Positions 26,645 to 39,830 of a stretch of DNA of 64,000 nt are shown here, piece after piece. How positions within the stretch are numbered: the stretch's first letter is position 1; each line of letters begins with the position of its first letter. The position numbers and the translations under genes were made by a program. A model generated the notes under the pieces. That model did no database searches. It was not told the origin of the DNA and saw nothing but the letters and a program-made list of their open reading frames with translations. The stretch lies in the NCBI GenBank assembly GCA_024679065.1, contig JAGIQG010000019.1, positions 31,992,001 to 32,056,000 on the forward strand. The letters are read 5' to 3'. This stretch comes from Sphyrna mokarran. Lineage: Eukaryota.

Positions 26645-26862
26645 AAATGTAGATATGCCAGTGTTGCACTGGGGTAGGCACAGTAAGTAATCTCTCAACA
26701 CCAGGGTAAACTCCAGCAGGTTTATTTGTTTGTGTGCGCTTTCAGAACACTGCTTTTATCAGGTGAGAGTGGACTCACCTGCTGAAGAGATACCATTGAA
26801 AGCTCATACTACCAAATAAACCTGTTGGAGTTTAACCTGGTGTTGAGAGACTTCTTACTGCA
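26645..26862. mobile_element. Palindromic Penelope-like repeat copy
   Basis: cagtaagtaatctctcaacaccagg...cctggtgttgagagacttcttactg inverted arms, with decayed CTGA..GAAAGC cores in both. Confidence 0.7.
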
Positions 26863-27167
26863 CCTAGAATGATTAGCAAAAGGAGAAGCCCAATGGGAAG
26901 TGAAATAGCCAGTGATTGTTCTGGCTCTTTAGGGAGCTCTCAAAATCAGCTATGACAGAATATGGTGTGCCTATCCCAATGGGAATAAAGCAGATGAAGA
27001 TTAAGAGAAAATAAAGGGCAGAGAAATAATGAGATTTAAGTATCGTGTACATGAATCATTCATTAAAAACTAGTGGTAAAGTAATAAATAAAGCTTTATT
27101 CTCATGCAGGAATGCAGAGGGAAGTTTTCTTTCTATTCTACAGACAGGTGATCAGAGTCCATTTGGA

Positions 27168-27325
27168 GTAAAAGCAAATTATTGCAGATGCTGGAATCTG
27201 AAACCGAAAGAGAAAACACTGGAAAATCACAGCAGGTATGGCAGCATCTGTAAGGAGAGAAAAGAGCTGATGTTAAGTCCAGATGACTGCCAGACCTGCT
27301 GAGATTTTCCAGTCTTTTTTATTTC
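27168..27325. mobile_element. Second Penelope-like fold-back repeat family
   Basis: ctggaaaatcacagcaggtatggcag...ctgccagacctgctgagattttccag inverted arms. Confidence 0.6.
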
Positions 27326-28122
27326 CATTTAGTACTACATTCATATTGAAACAGCATCAGAAAGATAATATTGGGTTTGGAATGGGTACAATACAGATTC
27401 ACCAGAATTATAATTGGGCTAAATGGATTATATTGTATTAGAAGGACAGGTTGTATGAACTTGGTTCATCTTTCCTTGAATATAGAAGATTATTTAAATG
27501 ATTTGATAGGACAGGATCCAGGACAACCTTGAAATTACTTAGGTCATTTGGACTAATACTTTTTTATGCAAAGCATAGAGGAAATACAGAAATGGCCCTA
27601 GAAAGACAGGCTCGGAGAATTGATGGAAAATTTCAAAGCTGAAATCAATACATAAGGTAAAAAGAAAACTATTGGGCCTAAAGGACCTGATGGATTGAAC
27701 CCTAGAATATTAAATGAAGTACAGAAATACTGGATATACTTACAGTAATCTTCCAAGAATCCTTCAATTCTGGAAAAGTTTCAGATTGGAGAACTGCTAA
27801 CATAACACCCTTATTCAAACATGTCATACATAATGTAACTAAACAAAATCAGCATGGTTTCATCAAGATTCATTAGCTGCTCATTGATGTTTGTGGGAGT
27901 TTGTTGTGTGCAAAGTGGTTGCTATGTTTCCTATCTTAGAGCAGTGAAAAAGTTGGTTGTAAAGCACTTTGGGATGCCTGGAAAGTGTACTTAAATGCAA
28001 GTCTGAGTTGCTAGAGTGGGACTTGTGTCCAGCACTCTGACTCCATTGAGCTACCAACTGACCCATGGCTGACATCAAATCACGTTTTTAAGAAGTTCCA
28101 AAAGTAATATTTTAATATATAT

Positions 28123-28128
28123 TTTATT
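28123..28128 (-). terminator. Candidate polyadenylation signal of the long SBF1 3'UTR
   Basis: TTTATT on + (AATAAA on -) with an adjacent ATTAAA at 28111-28116, at the border between repeat-poor and repeat-rich sequence. Confidence 0.45.
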
Positions 28129-31100
28129 AAATTTCAGTTATCTCTTTGTCTAAGCACAATACAGGACTCTGTATGGAGACCACAATGTTCAGACTCTAAT
28201 AGAAATCCCAAACTCTACATGGTTACTGTATTTTACAATCTGGACTCTCACCCATTTTTATACAGGAATTGTAAATTGAGATTATGTACAAAGAATTATC
28301 TTCATATTTCAAATAAAAGCATTTTCAAAGTTAAAAGCTTGGGGCAAAAGTAAAATAGATTTAAATGTGGGAAGAAACAAACATATTTGTCACTTCTTTT
28401 CAAACTAAACACAGCCCTGAACAGGATTTTAGAAATCCAAAATGAAAGGCTCAATTTACCACAATTTTTTCACACAAAATGTAGAGCAAGAAATTGCTTT
28501 GCCTGCCCTCCTGCTGTCAGATCCCTGGAATCATTCTGATATTCACCAAGAAAAAGACCCAGCAATGATTACTGAGATCACTAATAGAGCATTGCATGTT
28601 TCTGTTTTATTAGCTTATCAAGTAGCTGCAGTACTCTTCAATGTCTTTGTATAGAGAAAGGGGCTGGAGACAGAATCTCCCTGGATCATATGAATGGGAA
28701 ATACAGAAGAGTTGGTCTCTCTGGAAAGGGAGTTACATACTCAGATCTACTTTTGTTCAACAGATTCTCATCAGCATTTCTGTCACTTGGGACAGGCAAA
28801 GAAAGATAGTCTCAATCTAGATTGAACATAACAGAATGCAGATGAGTGTTGGGGAAATAGTGATTGTACTTACAAACTGAGGATGAGGCTGTAATAGTAA
28901 AATAGCTGTTTTACGATCCTCAAAGTGTCTGATATTTGTTATGAAGCAGTGCATCTCCCACCATACTAGCCTGATGTTGGTTAGCAGATTCATTCTCATC
29001 TTCAATCAATCACTTTTCCATTTTTGCAGATCTCACATCACTCTATCATGAGATGCCAAACAGTATCATGGAAATGACACAGGATGATGCGCGAATGAAT
29101 AGTGCATAATAGCCCATTTATGCCAGGATCTGAGTCTCATTCCTGCCTTGTATATCCTCTCAGCTTCCTCTACCGATCATAAACAAAATGGGTTTCCACA
29201 GGCCAGTATCAGTTGGATATAATCCACAACAGATCTAAAAGCAAAATACAGCCAGTGTGGGAAATGGGAATGTGATACAAAGGTGGTTGGTGAAGTGGGC
29301 AACATCTGAAGCTGAGAATTCCTGTTACAGAATAAACATTATTTTGTATGAAAGCTACACTGTATCTACACTAAGAGTGTTTGATGTGACAGAACAGTAA
29401 CAGCTTTATTTTGTATCTAATCCATGATGGACCTGGGATTTTTAACTGGAAAGAAATGAAGGAAGCTTTACACCGCACCCAATCTTCGTTATAATTGATC
29501 CAGCATGGGCTATGTGTTCTCTTCGCTTGCCAGGATATTTCATTTGAAAACACCTTAATTTACAAGTAGGTGACATTATTTTGCAAAAATAAAAAGGTGA
29601 AATTTGAGATCCAATCTCAATGCTGGCGACTCAATGCAAACTTACAATAAACATCCTGATCTGCAAAAACCTGCAGTAAGGAGTAGTGGCAGCCCTGAGT
29701 GACCCACAGTAATCTAAAGAGGCTGTGTAGGTAGGGTTGATACTGAAACTCAGAACATTACTTAGACCCCCATCATTCACTGAAGTGTCTAATTTTATGG
29801 AGAGACAAATCCAGGTGAATTTTGGTTAAGAAAGGGTAATAAACTGAATGCTGAAAATATATATTAGCTCTGAATCTACTTCAGGGGCAGCCTTATGTGG
29901 GTGACACTTGTGGAAGAAGGATATTCCATTTGATTAATACATACTTTTTACACTCAAATGTAAAAGTTCAAACAGCAAATTGCTCTGAAATTAGTTTGAG
30001 TAGATCTTTCCCCGTCCCCTCAAATCTTTCCAAAGTATCCCAAGGCTGACAGTTTTTTTGATTGACAATTACAGGCAGAACAATGTGCTCCCAGCAGGAA
30101 CATGGCTCAGGCAAGAAAAAACATGAACGGCAGCTGGAAGAGGGCATGGTGTGAACTGTGAGCCAGAAATGGAGTGTGGTTGCCACATTGCAAGTTTGCC
30201 CAAGGCACCATTTTTTTCCTAAGGCTGGCTGCATATACCTCAAAAATGAATGCTTCAGGACCATACCATTAACTGGACAATCCTGTGGACATTTTCAACA
30301 CATCCTGTGCATTCTGTATGAAACAACCAATGCGGCCTGAGTGAGTGAAACAAGGCTAGAGAGGCAGCCACTTAAGCCGTATGATGCTGTGATCTATTAA
30401 CTGGGAGTGAAGTGTCACTTTCTTTCACTTCCCTTAATGAAGTACTTCTTAATTTAGAAACAGATTTCACTCTCAGATTATTCAGCTCTTTCAGCCTGTA
30501 GAAGACATTCGGACAATGATATTGAGAACATGAGGCATAATCCCTTTTCAGAACATGATGTGTCTTTGCCATCATATTCAGCCATGTTTTAAGGATGGTG
30601 TGTTGCCCACAACAAAACCAATACAAGTATATCTCAGACCTTGTAGAATCTGAAACTTTAAGGCCCCAGCAAAATATCAGTCAGGTCTCTTTCATGATTA
30701 GTCTGGGCCTTCTAGAAATTTTGAAACTGCACATGTTAGCAGTTAACAGCGAAAATGCACACATGTAACAAAATTTGATTTGGGATCTGACAACACAGGG
30801 TCTAAAGGCAACATTACAGAATTTAGGACACTGTAAAACAGGACAATGAGACAGAACAGGCGTGAGCTGCAAAATTTACAGAAACTGTTCAAAACAGTCA
30901 AAGGCAAAGTGCGGTTTGGACAGAGTGAACAAATGACAGCAAAAGAGCATGAGCTTGTGAAATAGATTCTAGTTTGAATATTCCTAAATTGGCAACCACA
31001 ATATTCACACTAAACAGGATAAGATGCCTTAAAAGTTTGCAGTTGGAAACCATATATTTAAACAGCCTGGACAGATCTGAATACAATCTCAACCTCTCAG

Positions 31101-32932
31101 TCTGTGTCACAGGAGGAAATGATCAATGGTTTCATTCAATGTCGGCCAAAGATATAACTAAGATTCTACTTGTTGAGTTACAGCATAGAGATGATTACTT
31201 TGTGACCGCCCCACTCTGAATGCTAAAACTAACGACAATCTGCTTTCTGCTGCTTTAGCACCCTTCAGCTGTCCAAGCCTGAACAGACATGCTTATTAAG
31301 CCCTAATTGCTGTGTGTTGGTGATGGACACAGAGAGAGACCCTTCAGTGTACCACTGGCTCATTGACATTGCTTTTTTCAAATAGATAACAAATACATGT
31401 GGATACACAACAAATTGTAAATATCATTCAACCTGTACACTGATATCTAGGAAGCTATTGCATAAATAGAACAAGGATTAAACTATGTACAGCTGTACAT
31501 CACTAACAGCAGAACCAAAGCTACAACACTGTTAAAATAATTTCACAGCTGCGTTGTTTCTGTGCAGTTGCCCATGAGAGCTGGAAGCCCTTCCCCTCCC
31601 AGTTGTTCCTCCTTCCCCTCCTCTCTCAACATGACCCAAGAGAAGGTGGTGAGAGAGTGAGCAGTTTGGGAAAGGTATTGGTTAGCCCAGCCCCACTGCA
31701 TACAATCATCACAGCTGCCTCTGTAAACACAGTGAACGTATACCATCTGCCAAGCTCTGCCCCTTATTGCATAACATAGAAGCAAACAAACACATCCCTC
31801 ATCATCCTACTGCTGCCCTTGGTTTCAAGAGCTCTAGTAACTTTAAAGGAACATCATTAATACTCTCATTGAGAGCTGCTCGGTGAACAACCACCCACAA
31901 CCTTGTACCTTTAACCCTCTCTTGTTCACAAGTGCAAGCAGCTGCAGTTTTCCCTCAACAAAACTGACCACAGATAATTGCAGCAGTACTGACCCATCGA
32001 AAAATCAGACCTGAGCAAAAATTATTCCCACATCAATTTGTAAACAGCAGGCTATCCCTACTTTGTTAGCCTATATTTTCTGAAAATTATTCAGTTCAAG
32101 GTGAAAGCCTTTATACATTCCCCTTTCTGAAGATGGTTTGATTCTCTCTCGGGGACTGCTGTCGCACACCAGTCAATGTCTTCATTACTAATGTGGCTTG
32201 GTCATCCTGCTGCCTTGCACTGATTCTGTACTAACATCACACAATGAGGAGAGTGCAGAGGTTACAAAACAGCAGTTATAAGACATTTCACAAGGTCTCT
32301 AATAAAGGCAGTTGAAATGACTGACCGTCAATCCTCGTCCTTTCTCCAAGGACAGGCAACTAACCCAACAGATTTGAATTAAGCTTTGCTGGATCTTTTA
32401 AACGATTTTGATGAAGAAGTTGTTTTAGGCTGTGGTATTTGGGCAATGAGTTGCTGATTTAGAATATCAACTCTAGTCTCAGGTGTTTGGCCACAAAAGG
32501 TCTACTGAAAATGGTAACAGAATTAAACACAAGAGCAGAGGAAACCGTGTATGAAGGGCCCTGAGCAAGAAAGGGTTTAAAGGTTTAACTTTTGCTTAGA
32601 CTCATTCTAACTTACAACCTTCTTCCATGGTATGTGCATCAAGCTCTCTCTCTTCGCCCCCCCGCCCCCCCAACAACTCTTTGAGCATTTGCTGCTTCTT
32701 AGCAGAAGATTACCAACAAATGCACAAGTACACCAATACTGGATATGGATAGCAAGACCATCCTCTCTCATTTCTTCTGGACTCTGTAATTGAATGGCTG
32801 AGAAATCACAAGTTTCCATAACATTCTAGTTCTTGTGGTTTTGAAACACCAGTTGTCATCCGTTAGTGACAGAAATCCAGATGATGAGCTCTATACCCAG
32901 AAGTACATGGGCAATGCCTGCAATACAAACGC

Positions 32933-33031
32933 TCACGCATCAGACAAGCAGCTCTGTATTTTATCAATCCATTGCTGGGCACTCTGGCTGTCTTGGGCAC
33001 AGAAGTTGTAAACTCTTTTTGTTGTCTTCAG
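32933..33031 (-). CDS. SBF1: SBF1/MTMR5 last coding exon (end of PH domain)
   Basis: ttgtag|[32 protein letters not shown] (TGA); SCLSDA terminus as in SBF1. Confidence 0.93.
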   Translation of the reverse strand: MKTTKRVYNFCAQDSQSAQQWIDKIQSCLSDA

Positions 33032-33124
33032 CTACAAGATAAAATAATTAACAGTCAGCTTTGGTTAGCACATAGCCCATTATTATGACACTGCGATTTG
33101 TTGGGATTGCTGATAGAGACTCAC

Positions 33125-33256
33125 ATCAAAGAAGGCTTTGTCTTCGATGTTTTTGGGGGCTCCCAATGCTGCTGTTCCCAGAGTGACAGACTCCACCTCT
33201 GTGAGATCCACAATCCCTTTCACGTCGGTGTCTGATTTGCTGTCGTAATATCTCAA
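33125..33256 (-). CDS. SBF1: SBF1 exon (PH domain)
   Basis: ttacag|[44 protein letters not shown]|gtgagt; 132 nt. Confidence 0.92.
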
Positions 33257-33427
33257 CTGTAAAAGATAGCACAAGAATTCTAGAACATTTCCAGTCAAGT
33301 AGCACAGAAGTGCATTTAGTCTTTGTTTGTATAACATCCTGTCTGTTGAATCTCAGGAAACACATATACCACACCCAAGTGAGATGGGGTTAGAGCAGGC
33401 ATTCTTCATCTGGACTGGGTTTCCAGA

Positions 33428-33557
33428 GTTTTTATATGCTATGTTTGTGATCAGAACTCCCAATCACTTGATAAAGGAGCAGCGATTCGAAAGCTAGTGG
33501 TGTTTGCTACCAAATAAACCTGTTGAACTTTAACCTGGTGTTGTGAGACTTCTTACT
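33428..33557 (+). mobile_element. Single arm of the Penelope-like hammerhead repeat
   Basis: cac-TTGATAA-a-ggagc-agc-gattc-GAAA-gcta-gtg, then gctaccaaataaacctgttgaactttaacctggtgttgtgagacttcttact. Confidence 0.72.
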
Positions 33558-33872
33558 TTGTTTCCAGAATCTTACACAGGGGGAGGCCATTCATCCCATT
33601 GTGTCTGTTCAATTTGGTCCCATTATCCAGCCTTTCTCCATTACCCTGAAAAATTAGACTTCGAGTTCACCAGCCCAATCTTTAAAGTTCTTAGCAATAC
33701 CAATTCCATCAGCTTTTCAATTTGTTCATTCCAGATCTTCCTGATAAGCTGTATGAGAAAATTCTCATTCCTCCTCTGCTTTATTTACCAATTATTTTAA
33801 ATCAATGATATTTTGTTATTGACTGACCAATTAAAAGTTTCTCCCCAATTGCCCCAAGGATGGAGTGAGTCA

Positions 33873-34061
<189 letters not shown>

Positions 34062-34139
34062 TTAGTGATCCGAGACAGTTAATTCTCTCCTCAACAGTCT
34101 TTCATCTTGTCATGCTGTTATCATTACCTTGCTATACAA

Positions 34140-36760
34140 ACTGTACAAAGGCGAGGCTGAAGCATTTGCAATCACCTTCAGCCAGAAGTGTTGAGGGTAT
34201 ATAATCCCTCTCAGCCTCCTCCTGAGGTACCAGCATCACAGATGCCAATCTTCAGCCAATTCGATTGAAAAAGAACAAAGATCAAAGAACAATACAGCAC
34301 AGGAAACAGGCCTTTCAGTCTGTACTGCTCATTGGTCCAACCAGACCATTCGTTTGTATCCCTCCATTCCCCGTCTCTTCAAGTGACTATCCAGTTAAGT
34401 CTTAAATGATCTGTGTGTCCGCCTCCACCACCCTGCTTGCCAGTGCCTTCCAGGCTCCCACCACCCTCTGTGTAAAACACGTCCCTCACCCCCCCTCACC
34501 TTGAACCTGTGACCCCTTGTGTTCATCACCTCTGACGTGGGAAAAAGCTTTCCACTGTTCATCTATCTACGCCCTTCATAATTTTATAGACTTCCATTAG
34601 GTCTTTCCAGAGAGAACAACCCCAGTTTACCCAATCTCTCCTCGTAGCTAAGACCCTCTATACCAGGCAACATCCTGGTAAATTTTTTCTGTACTCGCTC
34701 CAAAGCTTCCACGTCCCTCTGGTAGTGTGGAAACTAGAACTGGATGCAGTACTCCAAATGTGGCCTAACTAAAATTCTATACAGCTGTAATATCAGATGC
34801 CAATTTTTATACTCTATGCCCCATCCTATAAATGCAAGTATGCCATATGCCTTCTTCACCACATTCTCCACCTGTGATGCCACCTTCAAGGATCTGTGGA
34901 CTTGCATACTCTGGTCCCTCTGTGTGTCTATACTCTGGATGGTTCTGCCATTAGTTCTATCAAAACGCATCACTTTGCATTTATCTGGATTAAATTCCAT
35001 CTGCCATTTCTCCGCCCAATTTTCCAGCCTATATCCTGCTGTATTCTCCGACAATGTTCATTGCTATCCGCAAGTCCAGCCATCTTTGTTTCCTCTGCAA
35101 AGTTACTGATCACACCAGTTATACCTTCTTCCAAATCATTTACATATATCACAAATAGCAGAAGTCCCAGTACAGAGCCCTGCGGAACATTACTAGTCAC
35201 AGACCTCCAGCCAGAAAAAGACTCTTCCACTACTACCCTCTGTCTTCTGTAGCCGTTCCGTGTTACATCAAGAAATGGCTAAAGATGCTGAATATTACAA
35301 AGAGTATGCACCCTGACAATACTCTAGCAATGGTATTGAAGGTAAGTGCTTCAGAAATAGTCATGACCCTAGCCAAGCTGTTCCAGAACAGCAAAACATG
35401 AGCACGTACCTATCAATGTGGAAAATTGTCCAGATATGTCCTGTTCAAAAAAAGTGGAAAATCTAACCTGGCCAATTACTGCCCCATCAGTCTACACTCG
35501 GTCATCAGCAAATAATGGAAGGGTTATTGATAGTAACACTTACTCAGCAATAACCTGCTGATAGGCACTCAATTTGAGTTCTGCCAGGACCATTCACCTC
35601 CTGATCTCATTACAGTCTTAGCCCAAACACGGACTGAAGAACTGAAGTCAAGAGGTGAGGCAAGAGTGAGTGCCCTTAGCATCAAGGCAGCATTTGACCA
35701 AATGTGGTCAAGAGCCCTAGCACAACTGCAGTCAATGAGAACTGCAGAAAACCTCTCCATTGGTTGGAGTCATACCTAGCACAAAGGAAGATCATTGTGA
35801 TTGGTGGAAGGGAGGCATCTCAGTCCCAGGACATCACTGCAGGAAGTTCTCAGGTTATTGTCTTAAGCCTAACCATCTTCAGCTACTACATCAATGACCT
35901 TCCCTTTCCAAGATCCGAAGTGAGGGAAGTTCGCTGATGATTGTGCAAAGTACAGCACCATTCACGACTTCTCAAATATTGAAGCAGTCCATGTAGGCAT
36001 GGATAACATTCAGACTTGAGCAAATAACTGGCAAGTAACATTTGTGCTACACAAGTGCAAGCAATGACCATCTTCAATCTAGCAATTTTCTCTTGACGTT
36101 CAATGACATTGCCAATGCTAAATCCCCAACTATTAACATCCTGTGAGTTACCATTGACCAGAAAATTAACTGAACCAGCTATATAAATACTGTAACTACA
36201 AGAGGTCAGAGGTTGGAACCTCTCTGATGTGGAACTCACCTCGAGCTCCCTAAAACCTAGTCACCATTTACAAGGCTCAAGTCAGACGTATGATGGAGCA
36301 GCCCCCACTTGCCTGGATGAGTGCAACTCCAACTATTCTCAAGATGTTCAATATCATTTAGAGCAAAACAATCCATAAGATTGGCATCCCTTCCACCACC
36401 TTCAGCATTCACTCTCTCCACCATTAATGTAAAGTAGTAGCAGTGAGTAGGATCTACACTGCAACTCACCAATACTCATTTGACAATACTATCCAAACTG
36501 ACAATCTCTACCTCCTAGGACAAGGAATGCGTATGCATCACCTGGAGATTCCCCTCAAAGTTATAAACTATCCTGACTTGGAACCATCTTGCTGTTCCTT
36601 CACTGTTACTGGATCAAAATCCAGGAACTCCTTCTGACAGCACTCTGGGTATAACTACACAAGGTAAACTGAAATAGCTCAAGGAGGCAACATATCACCA
36701 TCTTCTCGAGGGGAATTAGGGATGGGCAATGAATGCTGGCTTAGCCATTGACATCCATAT
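34140..36760 (+). mobile_element. Old CR1-superfamily LINE interrupted by a younger antisense CR1
   Basis: RT remnants (aattactgccccatcagtcta = NYxPISL; gttcgctgatgattg = FADD); tail aattagggatgggcaatgaatgctgg. Confidence 0.7.
34268..35250 (-). mobile_element. 5'-truncated CR1 LINE, frameshifted
   Basis: ORF pieces [28 protein letters not shown]; aagaacaaaga tail. Confidence 0.9.
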
Positions 36761-37290
36761 TTGATCAAAGTTTAAGATATCTGATAGTGTAGATAAACTA
36801 CTTTTGTTTGTTGGGAAATCTAGGACTAGAGAACATAGCATAAAAATTAAGGGACAGATCTTTTGGGGATGAGTTAAGATAAACTAGTAGAATGGTAGAA
36901 ATTTGGAACTATTTACTGCAAAAAGCAGTTAATGTCAGGTCCATTATTGCTTTGAATCTAACTGAAACATTTTTTTCTAACTAAAGGTATTAGGATATAT
37001 AGGGAAATAGTGAGCATATGGAGCCAGGTCACATGCCAGCTATGATCTCACTGACCAGCAAGCAGGTTTGCAAGATTAAATGGCTACTTGCATCGTTCCA
37101 ATGCTAGGGTACCTCTTTCTTGCATCAACAATGGTGCAATCAAAACTGGACATGTGCAAACAGGGGGATTGCTGAGGAGCCTAATGCTCTATTTTCAACA
37201 TCCATTAACAGATAAACACCATTCTGTTTGGCTGGGATGTATCAATAGCTGAAATATCTCTTGCCCTACAGATAATCAGAAATTGGAGAA

Positions 37291-38078
37291 GTGGGTATAG
37301 ATAGAATAAACAGGGTTAAGCTTTCTCCTAGGATGGACTCGAATAGCACGAGGGGTCACGGGCTTAGGGTGAGGGGGGCAAGGTATAATTTGGATGCTAG
37401 AGGGAGTTTTTTCACACAGAGGGTGGTGGGGGTATGGAATATGCTGCCAAGTAAAGTGGTGGAGGCAGGCACTCTGGAGTTATTTAAGAAATACTTAGAT
37501 GGGCACATGAACAGAATGGGAATGGAGGGGTATGGAAAACTGATTTAAAATCGGGATCATAGCCTTGGGAGTCCCTGGGAAGTGTGTAAATAGGTGATGA
37601 TATTGATGTACTTGTTTTTATCCTACAGGTGCTTTGGTCCACCTTGTCGTCTAACAAGGGGCATGCACAAGATGGGTCATGGGAGGGCTGCTCTTGGATT
37701 TTTTTCGAGAGTATCCTAGTGCTTCACGTTGTTAGTGTATGCTTGACCTGGACCATTTGATGGGCAACACGACAGCTCAATGACTATTGCTGTGCTGTGC
37801 GGATGCATGGATTTGGGCCTGTGTCTGTGGGAGTTTGCACATTTTCCCCGTGCTTACTTGGGTTTTCTCCAGGTGCTCCGGTTTCCTCCCACATCCCAAA
37901 GATGCGCTCTTAGGCTAACTGGCAAAACAAATTCTCCCTAAATTGTCTCAAATTTGGTTTTTAATCCATAGATCTATAAACATAGATAGGGATCGCGGGT
38001 AGAGGTGGGAACATCAGGGTGGCGATGCAGGCTCATTAGGCCGAAAGGCCTGTTTCCCGTGCTGTTTTGTTCTTTATT
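37291..38078 (+). mobile_element. 3' end of a diverged sister subfamily of the SINE-containing CR1
   Basis: GIDRINRVKL...TRGHGLRVRG...FFTQRVVGVWN; 3'UTR homologous to 23090-23640. Confidence 0.9.
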
Positions 38079-38312
38079 AACATGGCAATACCACAGTTTT
38101 CTTAGCAATAATTAAAACATTTTATAAATATTTATGCCACTCTGAAAGATTTCAGCAACGTAGCAAGAGTCCGAAGTGTCAAAACACAGTCCCAGCGTAG
38201 AGTTTCACGCTTCGTTTTACCACAGTCCTCTTGTAGAGTGTCATCCTGTTTTCTCCAAGTCCTTTTCAGTTATTCCTTCTTTCTTGCAGTTCTACGTGGA
38301 GTTATTCCTTAC

Positions 38313-38527
38313 CTGTGTTCACTTTCTGATGTCTGAAATTGGCTGTACAAAGTGCTTGTACTCTTTCGTCCCATGACACCACTGGAGGGAGTGGAGGTTG
38401 TGCTACTATCTGTGTCCAGACTCAGATTCAGAGTGGACCCAACTGCTGCTTCATGCAGATAAACACACTGTGACCTTCGATGGTGTGACAGGCTTGAGGA
38501 TATCAGCAGAGAACTTGAAGACAGGTG
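38313..38527 (-). CDS. SBF1: SBF1 exon (Ser/Thr-rich linker)
   Basis: [40 protein letters not shown]...[18 protein letters not shown](R)|gtaagg; HHRRS and [11 protein letters not shown] are SBF1-type rather than SBF2-type. Confidence 0.92.
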
Positions 38528-38789
38528 CTGCACAAATAAGAAATAAGAAAGTCAGGAGTGATATGGCCACAAAAATGTGTCATTGGGTTTCACTCCTTGT
38601 ATATTGTGTAATCGCACTGTGTAACAGGCTATGCTGTGACCTTCAATTGAAAATGGTTGGCTACTTCTGGAGTCCTGCAAGATTGTGATGATTGGCAAGA
38701 TGATGAGAATTACTTTCCTCTTTGGCTGGCATTACTCCAGTTACAGACATGTATCTGTTTAACCCATTTTAAGTTTTCCTCCAGTTTTA

Positions 38790-39500
38790 GCTGTTAGCTA
38801 TAGTTCAGTTTGAGCACTTTCTCTGAGCCAGAGGTTTGAGCACATAATTGTCACTGGCATTGCAGCATCACAGAGTCAGCAGTGAGGGAGCACTAACGTG
38901 CCGTGGGGTCAACAACGAGGGTGCGCTGCCACATCATAGTGTCAGCAGCCAGGGAATGCTACAGGGTCGGAGTGTCAGAATGAGGGAGGATTACTGTGTC
39001 GTTGAGTCAGCAGCGTGAGAGGGATGCAGAGTTCAAGGGTCAGTAGCTAGGGAATGTTGCAAAATCATAGGGTCAGTTGTGAGGGAGTTCTGATGTGTGG
39101 CAGCGTCAGTGGCAGATGAGAGCTGCAATATGAGGAAGTTAGTGGCGAGAGTGTGCTACACTGCTGATGAATCAGTAGCCTGAGCATGCTGCATTGCCAG
39201 AGAGCCAGCAGTGAGGGGATCTTGCACAGCATGGGTGGCAGTACCAAGGCAGCACTATCTTATCAGAGGGGCAGTGCATAGCTAGCACTGCACTCTCGAG
39301 AGGTTACTTCTGAGAGAATTCTATAAAATTTGAGATATTTCTTTTGGATGAAATTTTATGCTCCATCTGCTTTATCAGGTGGATGTAAAAAGATCCTTTG
39401 GCATTACTTTAAAACAGCACTGGCCTCCAGTGTTATGCCAAAATTCATTCCTTGATCAGCATCATTAACTCAGATAACCTGGCCATATATCTCATTATAC
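38790..39500 (+). mobile_element. DeuSINE (SacSINE1/AmnSINE1-like) element with an internal degenerate tandem array
   Basis: repeated gtcag.agtgaggga.tgctgca-type units, then tcaggtggatgtaaaagatcctttggcattacttt. Confidence 0.55.
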
Positions 39501-39830
39501 CAGTGTTGGACTGGGTGAACACAGTAAGAAGTCTGTGTTTTAATTAACAATAGTTTTAGGTCGCGAGGGTTTGTTGTTTATTTTGGCGCTCCGTAGCAGG
39601 AGATAGGCGCGGGGGCTGCTGGGAAGGGAGCGCGGCATTATATAAAGAAGGCCAAGGTAGACAGCGGGCAGCGTCGGGAGCGGGCAGTGGAGTGAGGCGG
39701 GGAGCAGAGTGAGAGCTGTAAGGGCTTAAGCTCACTGGGCTTGGGCGAGCGCAGGCTTGGACACAGTAAGTTACTGGATTCCTGTCCCACCAAACCTCTA
39801 GTGCCCATACCTCTAAAGAGGGTCTAGAAA

